Of a DNA stretch of 64,000 nucleotides, positions 24,863 to 39,539 are shown piece by piece. The DNA lies in assembly GCA_951406725.2 (NCBI GenBank), contig OX597820.1, forward strand, positions 95,542,001 through 95,606,000, in the 5' to 3' direction. Both the position numbers and the translations under genes were made by a program. The notes beneath the pieces were generated by a model. That model ran no database searches and had not been told where the DNA came from. It saw nothing but the letters and a program-made list of their open reading frames with translations. Position 1 is the first letter of the stretch. Every line of letters begins with the position of its first letter. Origin of the DNA: Octopus vulgaris (lineage: Eukaryota).

Positions 24863-26379
24863 GAATCACTAATGGGTAAACCACATTTTCACTACATCCT
24901 CAACATTTGTACCTTCCCTAACTCGCACACGTTTTTGGCTTCAAAAGCTTAAAAGTGCAAGTCATTGCATTTCAAAGAAAAAGGCAAACTTTCTTGCCGG
25001 TTGTCTTGTCTATATCCAAAATCTGTTTACGTGGCAAATTATACATTTTACAAACTCTCGTTAGAGAGGCAACAACATCTGTTTCATAATTCTCATCACG
25101 TTTTTTAGGATTATTACTCTCCTTTGAAAGATGCCTTATCACTGAAATATTTACGAAATTTACTGGCCAATATAGCACTAATATTCAAAATTGGTGTCTT
25201 CCACAGTTAGCTTAAACTTTCACAGTTAGCCACTAAACTTAGATTTTGTTTGGTTTTTCCGTTACTAAGTTTAACGGGGTAGGTTTTAAAGAGACTTCTC
25301 CTCCTCACTGTTTTCTGTATATCTTTCTTTGTAAATATACATGTGTATGTATATATGTATGTATTCATTCATGCATGCACACATATATGTGTGTGCATGT
25401 GTACATGCATGTGTGTGCTTGTGTGTATGTGTGTAGTAGTAGTAGTAGTATTAGTATTAGTAGTAGATGTTGTTGTTGTAGAGAAAGTGCGAATGCGGAG
25501 CGGAATCAGAACCAATTGTTCAAAAGATACGATAGTTCCGCGAGAAGGATAACTTTCTAAAGATTTCTCTATTTAGTTCTATCGTTGTCAAAGAAACATA
25601 GAGACGAGAAATATTATCGATTCAGCCAATCTATTTCAGCAATTCTCTTCTCGACAAATTGTGGAGTTTGGAAATAGAAAAAATATTCTTCAAGTTACAT
25701 CCCATTGTTTTAAACAGAAGTGATACAGTGAATAATATTCCAACCATAGCCATTCCATCTTTGTGTATTTTTCAAAGGCGGAATAGTTATGACCGGAACG
25801 TCTTTTCGATGTATTTCCGCTTGATTAGTGTCTCCAAGCGATTAAAAAAGAACAAACAACAACAACCACAAAAGCTACAAGTACAACGAGGTGGTAGTAA
25901 CGACAATAAAGACAACAGCAACAACAAAATGAGGACAACAGAAGTAGCAACAGTAACAACAACAGCGGTAGCAGCAACAACAGCAACAACAACAACAGCA
26001 GCAGCAACAGCACCAGTGACAGCAGCAGGAACAACAACAGCAACAACCACCACAACACACATAAAACAGTGACGAAGTACACACTTTGTTTACAAAAGGG
26101 ACTTGCAAACTTCACGTATGCACACAACACAGGCATTCACACATATATATGCGCACAACAACCAGTTGAGGTAATCACAAATCCTAGATGGTCTTTGGAT
26201 ATAAGCAAAAAAAAAACCCTTGTCGCTTTGTTAGGGATAGGTTTGAATTTTGTTGAGAAAAATTCCAAACAAAACCTTACACACACATACATATACACAT
26301 TCATATATACACATATATATGTCATCGTACAAACATGTATACATATATATATACAGTTAATCCAAACAAGAAAACTCAG

Positions 26380-26565
26380 AAAAAAAACACAGCAACGCGA
26401 GGACGTGGAACAATTAAAGTATTATTTGACGCTCAGGAAAGAAGGGAAGGAGGGTTTAACGTTTCGAGCGGAGCTCTTCGTCGGAAGCAAAGGAGAAGGA
26501 AAGATCCCGAGAAGGGAAGACAGAGGAAAAACATTTTTTTGCTGGTGGTGCTCAAGAGATCACAT
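26380..26565 (-). mobile_element. PLE pLTR-like remnant with a minimal hammerhead motif
   Basis: Minus strand GCTT-CCGACGA-A-GAGC tcc GCTC-GAAA-CGTT-AAAC (26454-26488). Confidence 0.6.
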
Positions 26566-26613
26566 GTTGTATATATATATACACATACATACATACATAC
26601 ATACATACATACA

Positions 26614-26660
<47 letters not shown>

Positions 26661-26793
26661 TTATATGAAGGGTATTTCTACACATAAATGCCTCACGCTA
26701 TGAGGGACTCTTAAAGTCAAAACTACCATAATAAATAAATAAATACTGTGTACCGAGCGCGAGGGAATGCAACTTTTGAAGCGAGCTCCTTAA

Positions 26794-27260
26794 AAACAGA
26801 TTCAGCCACAGATCATATGATTTCATAATTATTGCACAAAATGCACTTTTTAATCGCCAGTGCAGGCATAATCAAGACACATAAAAATGAAAAAAAATCA
26901 AAATACCAGACGAACACCAAATGTATCCAACATAGCACAATAGAGTTGTTCACTCGTATATATCTATGTAAGAGGTTTTTTCACGTTGATACATTCTGAT
27001 AAATATTTTATCCTATTTTAAATTTTAAATTTAACCGGAATATATTCAGTGCTGATTTATTCGGAATATACACGTGTACCGAGATGCAACTCGAAAAGCC
27101 TCTTACATAGATATATACGAGTGAACAACTCTAATGTGCTATGTTGGACACATTTGGTGTTCGTCTGGTATGTTGATTTTTTTCATTTTTATGCACTGGC
27201 GATTAAAAAGTGCATTTTGTGCACTAATTATGAAATCGTGATCTCTGGTTGAATCTGTTT
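26794..27260. repeat. Long inverted repeat (foldback/MITE-like)
   Basis: Arms 26794-26988 and 27087-27260 are reverse complements with scattered mismatches and one indel. Confidence 0.85.
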
Positions 27261-27310
27261 CCTTTATCGCAAAAAAACAAAAGATAAATGGAAAAAAAAA
27301 TCACTAATTA

Positions 27311-27757
27311 CACCGTGTAACACGAATTTTGTTCTTGGGGAGCAACTTTTACTTCCTATTTGCTTACCCTTAGAAAGTATTAAAAAATGGCTATTTCCTT
27401 TGCAAACCTCAAAGAATCCCTCTCAACACATGGCTATGATGCTCCCCTACTACTCCTGCTCATAATCAGAGATGCATATATTGTCAGCCACTAAAGGACA
27501 AGCTCAAGTGGTTAAGATCAAGCAACTGATAAGCAAATCTGTGGTATTGAGCAGAATAGATGGTATAACGATATTTCTGCTTTAGCAACCGGGCGCTGAA
27601 TCTGTCTGAAATGTAATGGAAAATAGGACAGTTTCAAAACATTTATGCCCAGGTCACAAAAACTAAGTCATTTCCTTTGATTTCTTGATAGAAAGAAATA
27701 GAAAATAACACTTACTGACCAAAGATATAAAAAAAAGAACAATTTTGTTAAACAGTC
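27311..27757. mobile_element. Non-autonomous TIR element, copy 2
   Basis: Homologous to 14091-14589. Confidence 0.75.
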
Positions 27758-27867
27758 TTATGGTTGTGTGTATATAACATCTTTTATGATATAAATGATA
27801 TATAATGATATATATGTTTGTTGCTGTTTTAACTTTTATGTTTTACATTATATATATATATATATAG

Positions 27868-28050
27868 GGAGAATTCACAAAAAAAAAAACTACAAAAGAC
27901 GAAGACAGGTGGTGTAGACAACAAACAGATGTATTAGCATAACGCTCGGGAAGTGAAAAAGTTTTTAACGTTTCGAGCCTGCGCTCTTCCACAGAAAGGA
28001 ACACAGAAAGAAACAAGGAGAGAAAATAAAGAATGTGTAGCAGTGGCTAT
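27868..28050 (-). mobile_element. PLE pLTR-like remnant with a decayed hammerhead, between (TA)n arrays
   Basis: Minus strand TTT-CTGTGGA-A-GAGC gcag GCTC-GAAA-CGTT-AAA (27964-27997). Related to 26380-26565. Confidence 0.55.
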
Positions 28051-28951
28051 ATATATATATATATATATATAAAGACGGATAGCTATTGATTTGAACATAA
28101 GTCTGCTACATTTGAACCTAAGTCAGCCACTGAACTGAAAGTGTACAAAAATAAAAAATTAAACAATAGCAAATACAATTTCGAACTATTTTAGTTTACC
28201 GTTACCTTGATAATGATCCTACAAAAGAGTGAATATTACATATTCCCGTATGCTCTTCCCCAACAAACCACAACAAAAACAATAGAAAAAAACAAGATAA
28301 AGAAAAAATGGCAAAAACCGATATCAAGTAAAATTTAAAAAATTTTAAAAACAAACCAACAGCTAATGTGACATTCCAACCGATTGTGCGATCTAATTTG
28401 AAATTCTGTTCAGAATAACTTTAATTTACATAGAAGCTATTTGCACTTCAATTAGGCACCAACTACAAGATATTTGATTTTTGTTACTTCCTCTAAAATT
28501 TGAAATATGCATTTGTAAGAAGCAATTATTTGTTATCAAAGCACAACATAACAGTTTTTCTTTCATTTGCTTGAACATCGCTTACATTCTTTTTTTATTC
28601 TTCTCTGTTTTCTTCCCGTGGAAATTGTAAGCTTACCCACACCCCCAGAAAAAGGCAGTAAAATACATCATCTATTCGTACGCACATTCATAGATATTCA
28701 GATACACATGAGTATATGCATATCAAATATAAACCTATAAAGCACACACCCATATATACATACATACCCTTGTATGCACAAGACATGTGCTCACATCCAC
28801 ACGTTTAAATTTATCTTGCGTGAATAAGTGTGTATATATACATGTATGTTTGTTTTATATGTGCATTTTAGATAAATGAATCTGCATGTGCGTGAGTGCG
28901 TGTATGTGTGTATGTCTGAATGTGTGCATACAATGGATGACTCTGACTCAT

Positions 28952-28986
<35 letters not shown>

Positions 28987-29117
28987 GTCTAAATGCCAAC
29001 ATAACGTGGCAGTCCTGTAAAGGACGATGTTACTGTTGTTTTAACTCAAGGAAAACGTCTTTTCCAGCTGGCTAGCGATACACAGTTTGTATCCGTATAT
29101 AGCATTTGCAAAGGAGG

Positions 29118-29181
<64 letters not shown>

Positions 29182-29204
29182 ATATACTTACATACATACA
29201 TAAC

Positions 29205-29248
<44 letters not shown>

Positions 29249-30872
29249 CATATATACTTGTATCTGTATATGCATTGTAAATATAAATGTGTATGTTTAT
29301 GCATTTGAGTATATAAACGTGAATGTATGGATGAAATTTTGCTGTTTGCTAGGCACATCACACAGCATTGTTCAACTGCAGTACGTGGCCCATATGTTCT
29401 TTTAGCAGCGCCCACTCCGTAGCAAATATACAAAATTTATCAAACCGTCAGCCTTTGCACCTCTCAAACAGCACAAACTAAAAAGCACAAAGGAAACTCT
29501 ATGTTCAAATTTTCGCTATTTTCTCTTTTATTAATAATCTCATTTTGAAACTAGAGCCTGGACATCGTCTCTTCTAACATGCTATCTGGAACGACACCAT
29601 ATCTGGGAAGAGTTCTTAAATGATGTCATGCCAATTTGCCTCCTTTCTCCTGCTGCCCCTGAAAAAGCTGACGATAACGAGCCCCACAAAAACACAAATA
29701 CCACTTATATCAAGAATATATGTTCGCTTAATCTCGTACTTGGACATGAGAAGTATTCCTCTAGAGTCCTTAGGATTGCTCAGACGCAAATCCTCACAAT
29801 CGCTGATGATCCATTTTGATAAATTTCTTTTTGCAGCCATGACTTGGAACTGTTGGAAAAGAAAGTTAACCATGTTAATCTAACTGGGTTTGCAGGGTTT
29901 GACCTTATCCGCAACTGACCAAACCGATAAAAGAGAAATCATACAAATACTTTTATGAATAATAGAACAATTTATCTAATGAGATAAAAACTGTTGGCCT
30001 TTTAACTGGTGGCATTTGGCTTCATAAAAAGCAATTTGTGAAACATAATTAATGAGGTGGGCTGGCTTTATAAAATGTAATTTGTAAAGCACAATTTAAC
30101 AAAAGCTGGAAACTATTTTTTTTACTGAAAAAAATGTTCAGACGAGAAAATAGTTTTAAACAATATTTTCTTTAATATCAGCATGTGCATGTCATGATTA
30201 AATTTTTGTCTCGCCTTTTTAAGGAAAATTACCAGACATTAGTAAGGGTAACTGTTCACTTTTATTCGGTTGAAGGTGTTGCACACGGAGTGTTATATCT
30301 TCATTAAAGTGAAAGACATACGAAGGCATATATTTGAAATAAATATAGTGAAATGAATGGGGACTGAATATGAATTGTACGCCTGGAAGCAAACGGATTT
30401 AAATACAATTAATTATCTCTGCGTATTTCAGTTGATTCTGCTATTGTATTAGATTCAGTGAGTTTAATATCACACTAAGATTTTATTCCCAGCTAATTCA
30501 TCGCGTGCCAGGTACCTTTCGCTTTCATGGACAGCACAAAAATAAATCGTTAAATTATTCTCTTAACGTTTAACCGTCGAAAGTATTAAATGCAAGTTAC
30601 CTAGAAATTGAGATTTATACTTTTGCAACTAAAACTATTAGCCACAATTAATTTTGAATATGGGAACCAACTGATATCACAACTAGAGGAACACAAAGGA
30701 AACTGAAATCAACATTATCATTCAAATCAGTTATCTTTTCGATACAGCTCATTTATACTCGTTTGCTTTTATAAAATCATTTAAATTTTCAATAAATGCC
30801 AGTTTCTTTAGAGTGCATGTTTTCAAAATATCTTCCGTTTCCATAAAGAAAATAATGATAGCTTTTCCATAA

Positions 30873-31166
30873 ACATGGCTTTGGGGTTTGGGTATTCGGT
30901 TCACGATCGTAAGGGCGTATGTTTGATTCCCAGCAGCGCACTGTGTCCTTGATTAAGATACTTTATTTCACATTAGTCCAGTCTACTCAGCTGGCAAAAA
31001 TGAGTTGTATTTGTATTACAGAGGGCCTACCTTGTTACACTGTAGCACATTGAATCGCCATGAGAACTATGTTAAGAGTACGCGGGTTTGTAGAATGCTC
31101 AACCCCTTGTACATTAATTTCACGAGCAGGCTGTTCCGTTGATCGTCGTTGTAACCGACGGAATGC
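30873..31166 (+). mobile_element. SINE family C, degraded
   Basis: Matches 11456-11773, e.g. ACTCAGCTGGCAAAAATGAGTTGTA and CGTTGTAACCGACGGA. Confidence 0.8.
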
Positions 31167-32099
31167 CAGAAGATAATTTCCAGTTCGACAAGTATGTGAA
31201 GTATATGACTGAACATTCCTAAGAAAGGACAACCCTTGAAAAACTGAATCTCATATAGAAATCATCTGATTGGATGATCAGGGTAATTTCAGATGACTGG
31301 TTCAGCTTAAATGATTGTTACTCTTTGTTGTTGCCAAACAGCTGTCATTTCTACAAGAGTAATTTGTAGCATCGTCGTGTCCGTTATACAACGCTTTACC
31401 TGATCAGTTTCTTTTCCTGGCCCTTGAAAATCATATCTTTACTATGAACCTATGCTACAGTTCAGGACTAAAACCTTGCATATCAGAATTTTTGAGATGA
31501 GGTATTGTTAAAGTAACTCAACCCGCCTGTTAATAGTTAAATCTGTTCTAGAAGTAAAATGGTTTTGAGTTCTAAATTAATCAAAATTTTAAGACGAGTT
31601 ATAGTTACAGTATGTTAATCTTTGGCATTTGTTAAACTTGTTTGTCTTAAATGTAAAAAGGTTTTGGGTTCTAACTTAGTCTATAGATGAATTCATTGTA
31701 GCATTTAGTATCGAATAATGTGTGCGAACAAGGAAAACATTAAATATGGATTTAATAGATCTGAAAATTTTAAAGTTTAAAATGCTGACTATTGCACTTT
31801 TATTTCAAGTCATGTCAGTCCTTATTGTGTAGACACATATTCAAATGCATTTCAGCTGCAATAATCCTGTCTGTTTTCAAACCGCAGCCTCCCCAGGACT
31901 ACATTGTCGAATGTGAGTGACTTTTGGCTTTTTTATCGAGTAGAATTAAAAAAAAAATCAAAGCGATATCTGTTCAATTCTATCAACCCATGAAACACTT
32001 TGAAATTCAGCATCCCTAGCTAATGAAACACATATAATTACAAAGTTCTCCCGCTGGTTTTCCCCGAAGAGCTACAATATTTATGCATGCACACATATG

Positions 32100-32314
32100 T
32101 GAGGTAGTACTGAAAAGTTTCTGGCTTTGGGTAAAAGAAATTTAGGAGGCTCAGTTAATTATGATTTTATTGAACATATTCCCCTTTCAGTTTCACGCAC
32201 TTATTGTGGCGGTCCTTCAATTTTTTCAATCCTATAAAAGAACTCGGAAAGTTGGGTCTCCAGCCGGGCCTTTGGCTATAACCTTAAAATTAGGAAATTT
32301 CCAGCATCCCCTCG
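32100..32314. mobile_element. Mariner-derived MITE
   Basis: Degenerate TIRs TGAGGTAGTACTGAAAAGTT... / ...AATTTCCAGCATCCCCTCG|TA. Confidence 0.65.
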
Positions 32315-32544
32315 TATGTATCTAGTGCATTGGGAACGTATGGTTCTATGTGTATAAACATAAATGCACATACACAAACACACACATGCATATGCACCTC
32401 CCACACACACGTATGCACACACATAAGTATGCACACACACGAACACACTCACACACGTATGCACACACATTAATGAAACAACAGTGAACTAGAAAAGTAA
32501 TCCACAGTGACTAGTAGTCTCTATTTGAATAAGAAAGATAATTA

Positions 32545-32975
32545 ATTCTTTCTAATAGAAGCACAAGATGGCAGATATTGGTAAGGGGCTAGTCGACTGC
32601 ATCGATCTCAATACTCAACGTGTACTTATTTTATCGACTCTAAAAGGATGAAAGGCAAGGTTGACCGCAGCGGAATTTGAAATCAGAGCGTTAAAACAGA
32701 TGACATGCCGCCAAGCATTTTGTGGTAACGATTTTGTTAGTTCACCGCTTTAAGAAAGCTAAATAATATATTGGTTTCAATTTTTGGCACAAAGACAAAA
32801 AAATCGGGAAAGGGGTAAGTCGATTAAAATGACCCCAGTGTTCAGCTGGTTCTTATTTTATCGACTCCGAAAGGATGAATGGCAAAGTCGACCGCGGCGG
32901 AATTTGAACTCAGAACATAAATACACTAAGCATTGTGTCCGGCGTGCTAATGATTTTGTCAGTTCACCGCTTTAA
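32545..32975 (-). mobile_element. Two tandem degraded SINE family A copies
   Basis: AAAGGATGAA(A/T)GGCAA...GCGGAATTTGAA occurs twice, each copy ending AGTTCACCGCTTTAAGAAA. Confidence 0.75.
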
Positions 32976-33357
32976 GAAAAATATATAATGATAAATCAAA
33001 TACCACAGAAGATAAATTTTTAATATAGTGAAATTATTTCTACTTCCAGAGAAGATAGAAAAAAATTACTTGGAGCCAAAAATACTCAGAGCCATAAATG
33101 TATTCCAATCTTTTTATATTCAAGTACCTCACTGTACTGTAGATAAGTTAGGGTAACTGCTAGTCTGATGACGCCTATTCAAGTAATAAAACGTATCTCC
33201 AGGCAATCACTAGGCACCTGCTCAAAGTGTCTTTTCCAAAATACTACGTCACCATTTGTACAATTCCTTACTTAAGATTATATCCTCTTCTCATTTAGCT
33301 TTGATCCCAGTTGCTATAGAATGATTTATTGCATATATCTGATATACATTTATTTAA

Positions 33358-33480
33358 TCTATATATAAAACAGAATTTGTGTGTGTGTGTGTGTGTGTGT
33401 GTGTGATGCATATGTTCCTTATGGATTCGAAAACTGAGTTGCTGATTTTAACGTATGAGCTAGGTATCAAAATATTTAGT
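33358..33480 (+). mobile_element. Probable Helitron 5' end (3' end not located)
   Basis: A|TCTATATATAAAA followed by a (GT)n tract, the same 5' architecture as the Helitrons at 9759 and 52161. Confidence 0.45.
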
Positions 33481-34607
33481 AATCTTTCGGCTACCAAATG
33501 AAGTATGTTCTTTACACAACAAATTTTTTTACTACAAAAATAACCTCAAAAATGAGGTTGGGTCGCACAATTTTGAGGTCATTTTCGGGCAATATTTGCT
33601 TCTTATCTACGTTGTTAATTTTAATGTTTTCGCTGTCAAAAAATACAGCAATGTACAAGATGCGTTATGAGTGCATTTGTAATGTACAAAACCCAATTTG
33701 TCAACGGAAAACGACAAAAACAATTTTGGAACAATTATTAGCACATTTTCCGTCAGTAATGGCCCTTGTGCCACAACTAAACTGCCAATGTGAAGGTCTT
33801 CAGCATTCCATGATTAAACAATGACTTTGAAGTATTGTGGTACCATTTCTTCGCACAAAGCCCTACTTTTCGACAGAAAATTGACTAATGAACCGTGTTT
33901 CTGGCATAATTTTGACGCACCTGTCATTACTACCGAAAACAATTTGTCCTTGTAGATTTTCTTATTAGGAAATGACTCAGGAATACCAAACGAGCGTTCT
34001 CGGGTTTAAATTTCGTAAAACTTCCCCAAGGATTAAGTACAGTACGAATATATCCTATATTCGTTCAAGTGTGGTAAAGACGTGAAGCAATGAATAAAAC
34101 CTTTCGAGCTTTTCTGACTTTAACATATTACGCTTTATTAAACCCAATTTATTCAAAGTCGCTTATTGTTATTAGTATATATTCATCCCTATTATTCATT
34201 CCATAAGCTGCAAAGATCGTAAGGATTTTACTACAATCTCCCTATTTTTCACAGCGGTTGAGCGTGTAGTATAATGCGGGTGGTGCGATGGAAAACGAAT
34301 GTCTGACCTGATAACCTCAGTGAAGACAATAACAACACCGTGCATCTATGCGAGGATAAATTAAGGTCACATGCACATATGAATCCGCTCACGGTGCGTG
34401 TTCTTTCATTGGACGGGATGCACACCGTGTTCACTGATTAGTACCATTTCAAGTCGATTTTTTCAGATCAGAGACTTGTACTGCAATACCAGTTGGTCAT
34501 GGTGTTATTGTTATCAACGACACAGACGACGCCGAAATTATCAGAAAAACCATTTCTGTTTGTTTTTTCAAATATATAATGTACCAAAGATTTTCTATTT
34601 CGAATTC

Positions 34608-34669
<62 letters not shown>

Positions 34670-37600
34670 ACTCTCAAGCAAGTGTGTTGGAAAACAATTT
34701 ACAATTGAAATGATGATGTCAGCCTTGACAGTTTTCATTTCGCAATCTTGAATATGCTTCAAATTTCATAAAACTTTTCCATCTTTTTCAGTAATTTTGC
34801 AAGATGAAATATTTTGTAGAAAATATCAATAAGTTTTTCTGATAATCAACTCAGCAGTTGCAACGGCACTACTTTTTGATGTTTTCTATAGCTTGAAATA
34901 TTACATACCATTATTATTATTTTCAAAATTTATGTCTTGAGTTAATCTATTGACTCATAGTATCAATGAATGTAGACATAACATTATAAAAAGACTGTGG
35001 TTCAATAAGCAACAAGAACTTAGATTAAGGAATATTAATGTCTTGTTTTTCTTCCATAGTAGACAGCATTCTTAGAGTCTTAGGTTAGGCATTAAACATT
35101 GATTTCGCCTTCTGTTGCCTTGAACAAAGCCATTTTGTAAGTGGAAATGAGATCTAGTCGATATTATCGACTGGATTATATTTACTTTTTTGCAGTCTAG
35201 TAAAATTTATATCTGATGCGATTTGAACATAGAAACTAGAAGCATGAAACATGAAAATGTAAAGGGTCTAGTGGAGCTCTTTACTAAAAATGAAAAAAAA
35301 AGAAAACAAAAGGAAAAAAGAAATCTACTTGTGGAGCAAAAAGTGTTCTTGGAAATGATTATATAATTATAAAGATTAGAAGCAGATTCGATGAAGATGG
35401 AATAAAAGAATAACATGTTATTCCTGATATCAAATTTCAAGTATATTGTAGTTCAACATGCTCACAATCCTATAATTGATAGAGATAGCTATATGTTACA
35501 ACTAATCGTGAAAGGCGAAAGCGATACATAAAACTTGAAGACAAAAATATTTGAAGTGTGTGTCATATAAGAAGTTTGAAAATGTCTAATTAGCATCATA
35601 TATATTCTACTTGGCTTCCTGCTGTTGCAATACAACATTATTTATTTCAAGATTTTAAAAGGTCAAAATAGGTCAGCTACTATTTGTGGTTAGTAGTAAC
35701 CACTGTGGCGATTGAGACACCACTCTAAAACCTTTTGAACGCTTCAAATCATTATGGCAATAATAATTATTGCGGAGCTTGGTATTGCTAAGCAGAAGAA
35801 AAAGTTTACTTCACTAATTAGTATCAAGCTGACAATTGCAATGGGTATGAGAGCAGAAATACACAGGAAATTCCCAATATCTGGAAATCTTCATTAGAGG
35901 CCAGGCCAGAAAGAATAGAACAGTTTTTAGAAAGCTGTTCAAGTAAGTTCAACCTTGAGTAGCATTTCACAATAGGAGTTTTCCGAATCCTACAGATATT
36001 ACAGTCATATTGACTTACATTCATTCATTCATAAATTCATCATACGACGTCACTTTATTGATGTGTAAATTTCAATAGAAGAGCCTTGTTTCTAGGTTAG
36101 AAGGCGGTGTTTTCGTTCATTGGCGAGAAACTCGAGAAATGAAAGCACACGTCTGAATTTTTAAAAGGAGAAACTTTTATTATACGCTGATACATTTGGG
36201 TTAGAATCTTCATCTTAGTTGTTATAGCTATGATTCGGTCCTTGTACTTTGTGACCTTTTGTACATTGGTGTGTGCCGTGTTTGGCAACGTTTTCGGAAT
36301 ATCAAACCAAAACATTATTCACTCCAGGCGGGGTTGATTGTTTTCATTATGCTATCTGTGCACGGATATTCCCCACTTTCTAAATTTGCATCAGTCGCAA
36401 CTTAATATCATGTCCAATAACACTGATCGCATTTTACAGTGATATTTTTTTAAATCTTAGCTAAATTGAGAAGTTGTGTATGTTAGTAAAAATGGAATGA
36501 GAAGTAATGATATTTATGCTTCGCCAACAATGTATAATATATAAATAATGTACAACTATCAAAATTTATAGGAAAGCAAGCCATATTTTATTTTTTCTGG
36601 AATTGTATCTACTTTAAACAATTTAGTAAGTTAACTGTTCCGATATCGGAAAAACAAACCCCAAAATAGAACAGTAAATACTGTAAGGCATTTTGTTCAA
36701 CGTTCTACTGAGACTCTCGTTCAAGTATCTTCGATGTATCATTAATACAGATTACAAGTATGTGCCTGTAACTGTTATATAAAAAGACCGAATTAAATAT
36801 GGCATAGAATTTAAGATATTTTTCCTGAGAACATTTGTCAGGACTAGAAGCATTTCCTATATCTTGTACTATTTTAAAATTTATAAATGAAATTATTTCC
36901 AGAGGAAAATCGGAAGGTCAAACAACTCTTAGAAGTAACTAATTCAATATCTTCTCAATTACACAAGACCCAAAAGTATTGTTATATTTTTATCGTATTC
37001 TATTTTGGGTTGTTCCAGTTCATAAGATTGTCGTGCCATCAACTGAAAAAGGCATAGTTCTATTTCGTCAATGGTGCAGCAATTATTTCGGTACATATAG
37101 TTATCACATGTTCTTCGTTGCCATCACACTGTTGAATCTGCGCTTTACTTCGAGTCTTTTCTTTCCTTTTCTCTTCCTCCTCCTCTGGCTACCGCGATCT
37201 ATTTATTTTCTCTCTGTCTCTCGGGCATTCTCTCTTTCTCTGTCTATCGATCTCTGTTTAGTAATAGATTTGGTTCATGTAGAGCTACTGTTGACCCTAT
37301 TAATAAGCGCATCAGTTAGTAATTGACATATAACCTATTTTTATTGATTTAAGCAGAAAGCAAATTTGTGTGGGTAGAAATTCAAATTTCGGCCTTTTAT
37401 GCAACAATTTCCTATAAATGATTTTCCATCACTAATGCCACAGAAAAGAAGGTTTGCACAAACGCACATATTTGGCAAACAATTTAAGTTCTCTTCGAAT
37501 CAAATTGATTCCATCGTATCTGCAGGGACTGCGGAATTATTAAATCACCCTGATTGTTAATGGTCATATTGTACCATCAACAAAATTTCGCTTCGTACGG

Positions 37601-37995
37601 AGAGCAACAAACGCATCAAATAGTTTCTTTTTGTCAAGGAGACTGAAACAGGTGGAGGTGGCCACTTTTGTTGTGTTGAAGAGCAAGAAATGGAGAACAG
37701 ATAAATAGCTCCTTGCTATCCGTTCCTGACCAAGACATACAAATGACTTGCTTTCCAATAAATGTTCATAGTTGTACATTATTTATATATATCAAATCAA
37801 ACGACTGCAATTAATTAATTCAATTTCAGAAGGAACAATATAACAGCAACAACGAGAAAATGTGGCGCTTTTCCGGTTTTCCCATTCATGATGACACCTC
37901 AGGAGTTCAGCAACACACTTTTCCACTTAAAAAATATATAAGGAGTTTTGCATCATAAATTCCAAACGTGCACTTTTTTCTATGTCGGAAATTAT

Positions 37996-38037
<42 letters not shown>

Positions 38038-38062
38038 GTATGCCTGTATGCCTTTCTGTCTG

Positions 38063-38145
<83 letters not shown>

Positions 38146-38367
38146 GTCTGTCTGTCTGTATGCCTGTATGCCTGTCTGTCTGTCAGTCTGAGATTATTTT
38201 TTCGGTTACGTCACAGATTTGAGAAATTTCAAAATTCATTGAAAATTTTTGGAATTTGGTATATTGATGTAGCATTTCACGCCAAATCCAAATATGGGAT
38301 TCATTTATTCTAGAAAAAAGAATTTAGGAAAATGTTACTGAAGTTCAATATAATATATATATCGATT

Positions 38368-38557
38368 TGTGCTAAGAAGCTTGCTTCCCAAACTTGGGCA
38401 AGTGTCTTCTGCTGTAGCCTCAGGTCGACCAAACCCTTGTGAGTGGATTTGATAGACGGAAACTGGAAAGAAGCTCGTCGTATATATATTTGTGTGTGTG
38501 TGCGTCTTTGTGTCTATGCTTGTTTCCTCATTACTGCTTGATAACCGGTGTTGGTGT
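38368..38557 (+). mobile_element. SINE family B fragment lacking the B box
   Basis: Near-identical to 40322-40511. Confidence 0.85.
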
Positions 38558-38716
38558 TCGGTAGAGAAAGACACCAAATGCTTTGCTTACAACACTGAGG
38601 CCGAGCTGGTAGCCAAGAGAAAATTGTTGTTCGAAGATCTTTTCAGTGAGGAACGCATGCGCCTGTTCCAGAGCCGTCTTCAAGCCCTGGTGGAGGCTGA
38701 GAGCAGCTACTTCTCG
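38550..38716 (+). mobile_element. Tc1/mariner transposase C-terminal fragment
   Basis: WCSVEKDT...NTEAELVA...VRNAC..FQSRLQALVEAESSYF resembles Tc1/mariner C-termini. Confidence 0.6.
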
Positions 38717-39493
38717 AAAACTGTTATCTCTCAGCCACGAACTACTTCTCGAAAACTGTTATCTCTCAGCCACAAACAGATATTTAAAAAATTTTTTTAA
38801 ATACTTTATTTTTGTATGGGATATTATGTTGGATATGATATTTGTAATTTAATCACAAATGCATAAATTCGAATAGATGTTTTAAAAACAAAAACAGCAA
38901 ACAAAACACCTGAAAAGATTGTTTCATAATCTATCGTATTCATGTTTTAAAATAATACATATAATGGAAAATACTACAGGCTTGTTATGCATTCAAAAGA
39001 ATTCTAAGCAATATTTCAAGGAACATATTCATGTATGTATGTGCAATTTTACATGCATGGACAATTTTCTAATTTTTGAATGCTAAAAATATTCTCGTTT
39101 CAGATATTTCCAAATATCAATACTCAAGTGGAAATTATTTTTGGCTTTCTCTTTTGTGTAATTTCCAAAAAACCTTTAAGCATAAAGTATTTTAACATTT
39201 TAATTATCATTTCAGAATTCTGCAATATTGTTACCTATACAAACAGAATTACTGCCCTCCGGGTGGTTTTGTCATTGTAGATATAAGTAAATGCAAATGC
39301 ATATATGCTCCACTTCACCACCAGACACGAACACACGAACGTATATGCGGCTGATGCTATCAGTTGTGGATTAGATTTCGCATTTATTTCAGAAGTTTAT
39401 TCTTATTCTCCTCAAGGGTATTCTCTCTCTTTTTCAAGACTATATATGTGTATGTATACATAATGCGTGCATACACAAACATGTACATATGTG

Positions 39494-39538
<45 letters not shown>

Positions 39539-39539
<1 letters not shown>

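Noticed and set aside
24520-24885. CTGATGA split by the SINE D insertion
   Set aside because: The reconstructed empty site lacks GAAA and a cleavage triplet with stem I.
25659-26136. Poly-T/A/Q/C/L ORFs (also at 2641-2851, 13862-14062 and 21822-22173)
   Set aside because: Trinucleotide microsatellite translations with no splice or homology support.
29616-29883. ORF containing 'DCEDL' as a possible LGR hinge exon
   Set aside because: Lacks the P.PGPF.PC context, a following TM1 and suitable splice sites.
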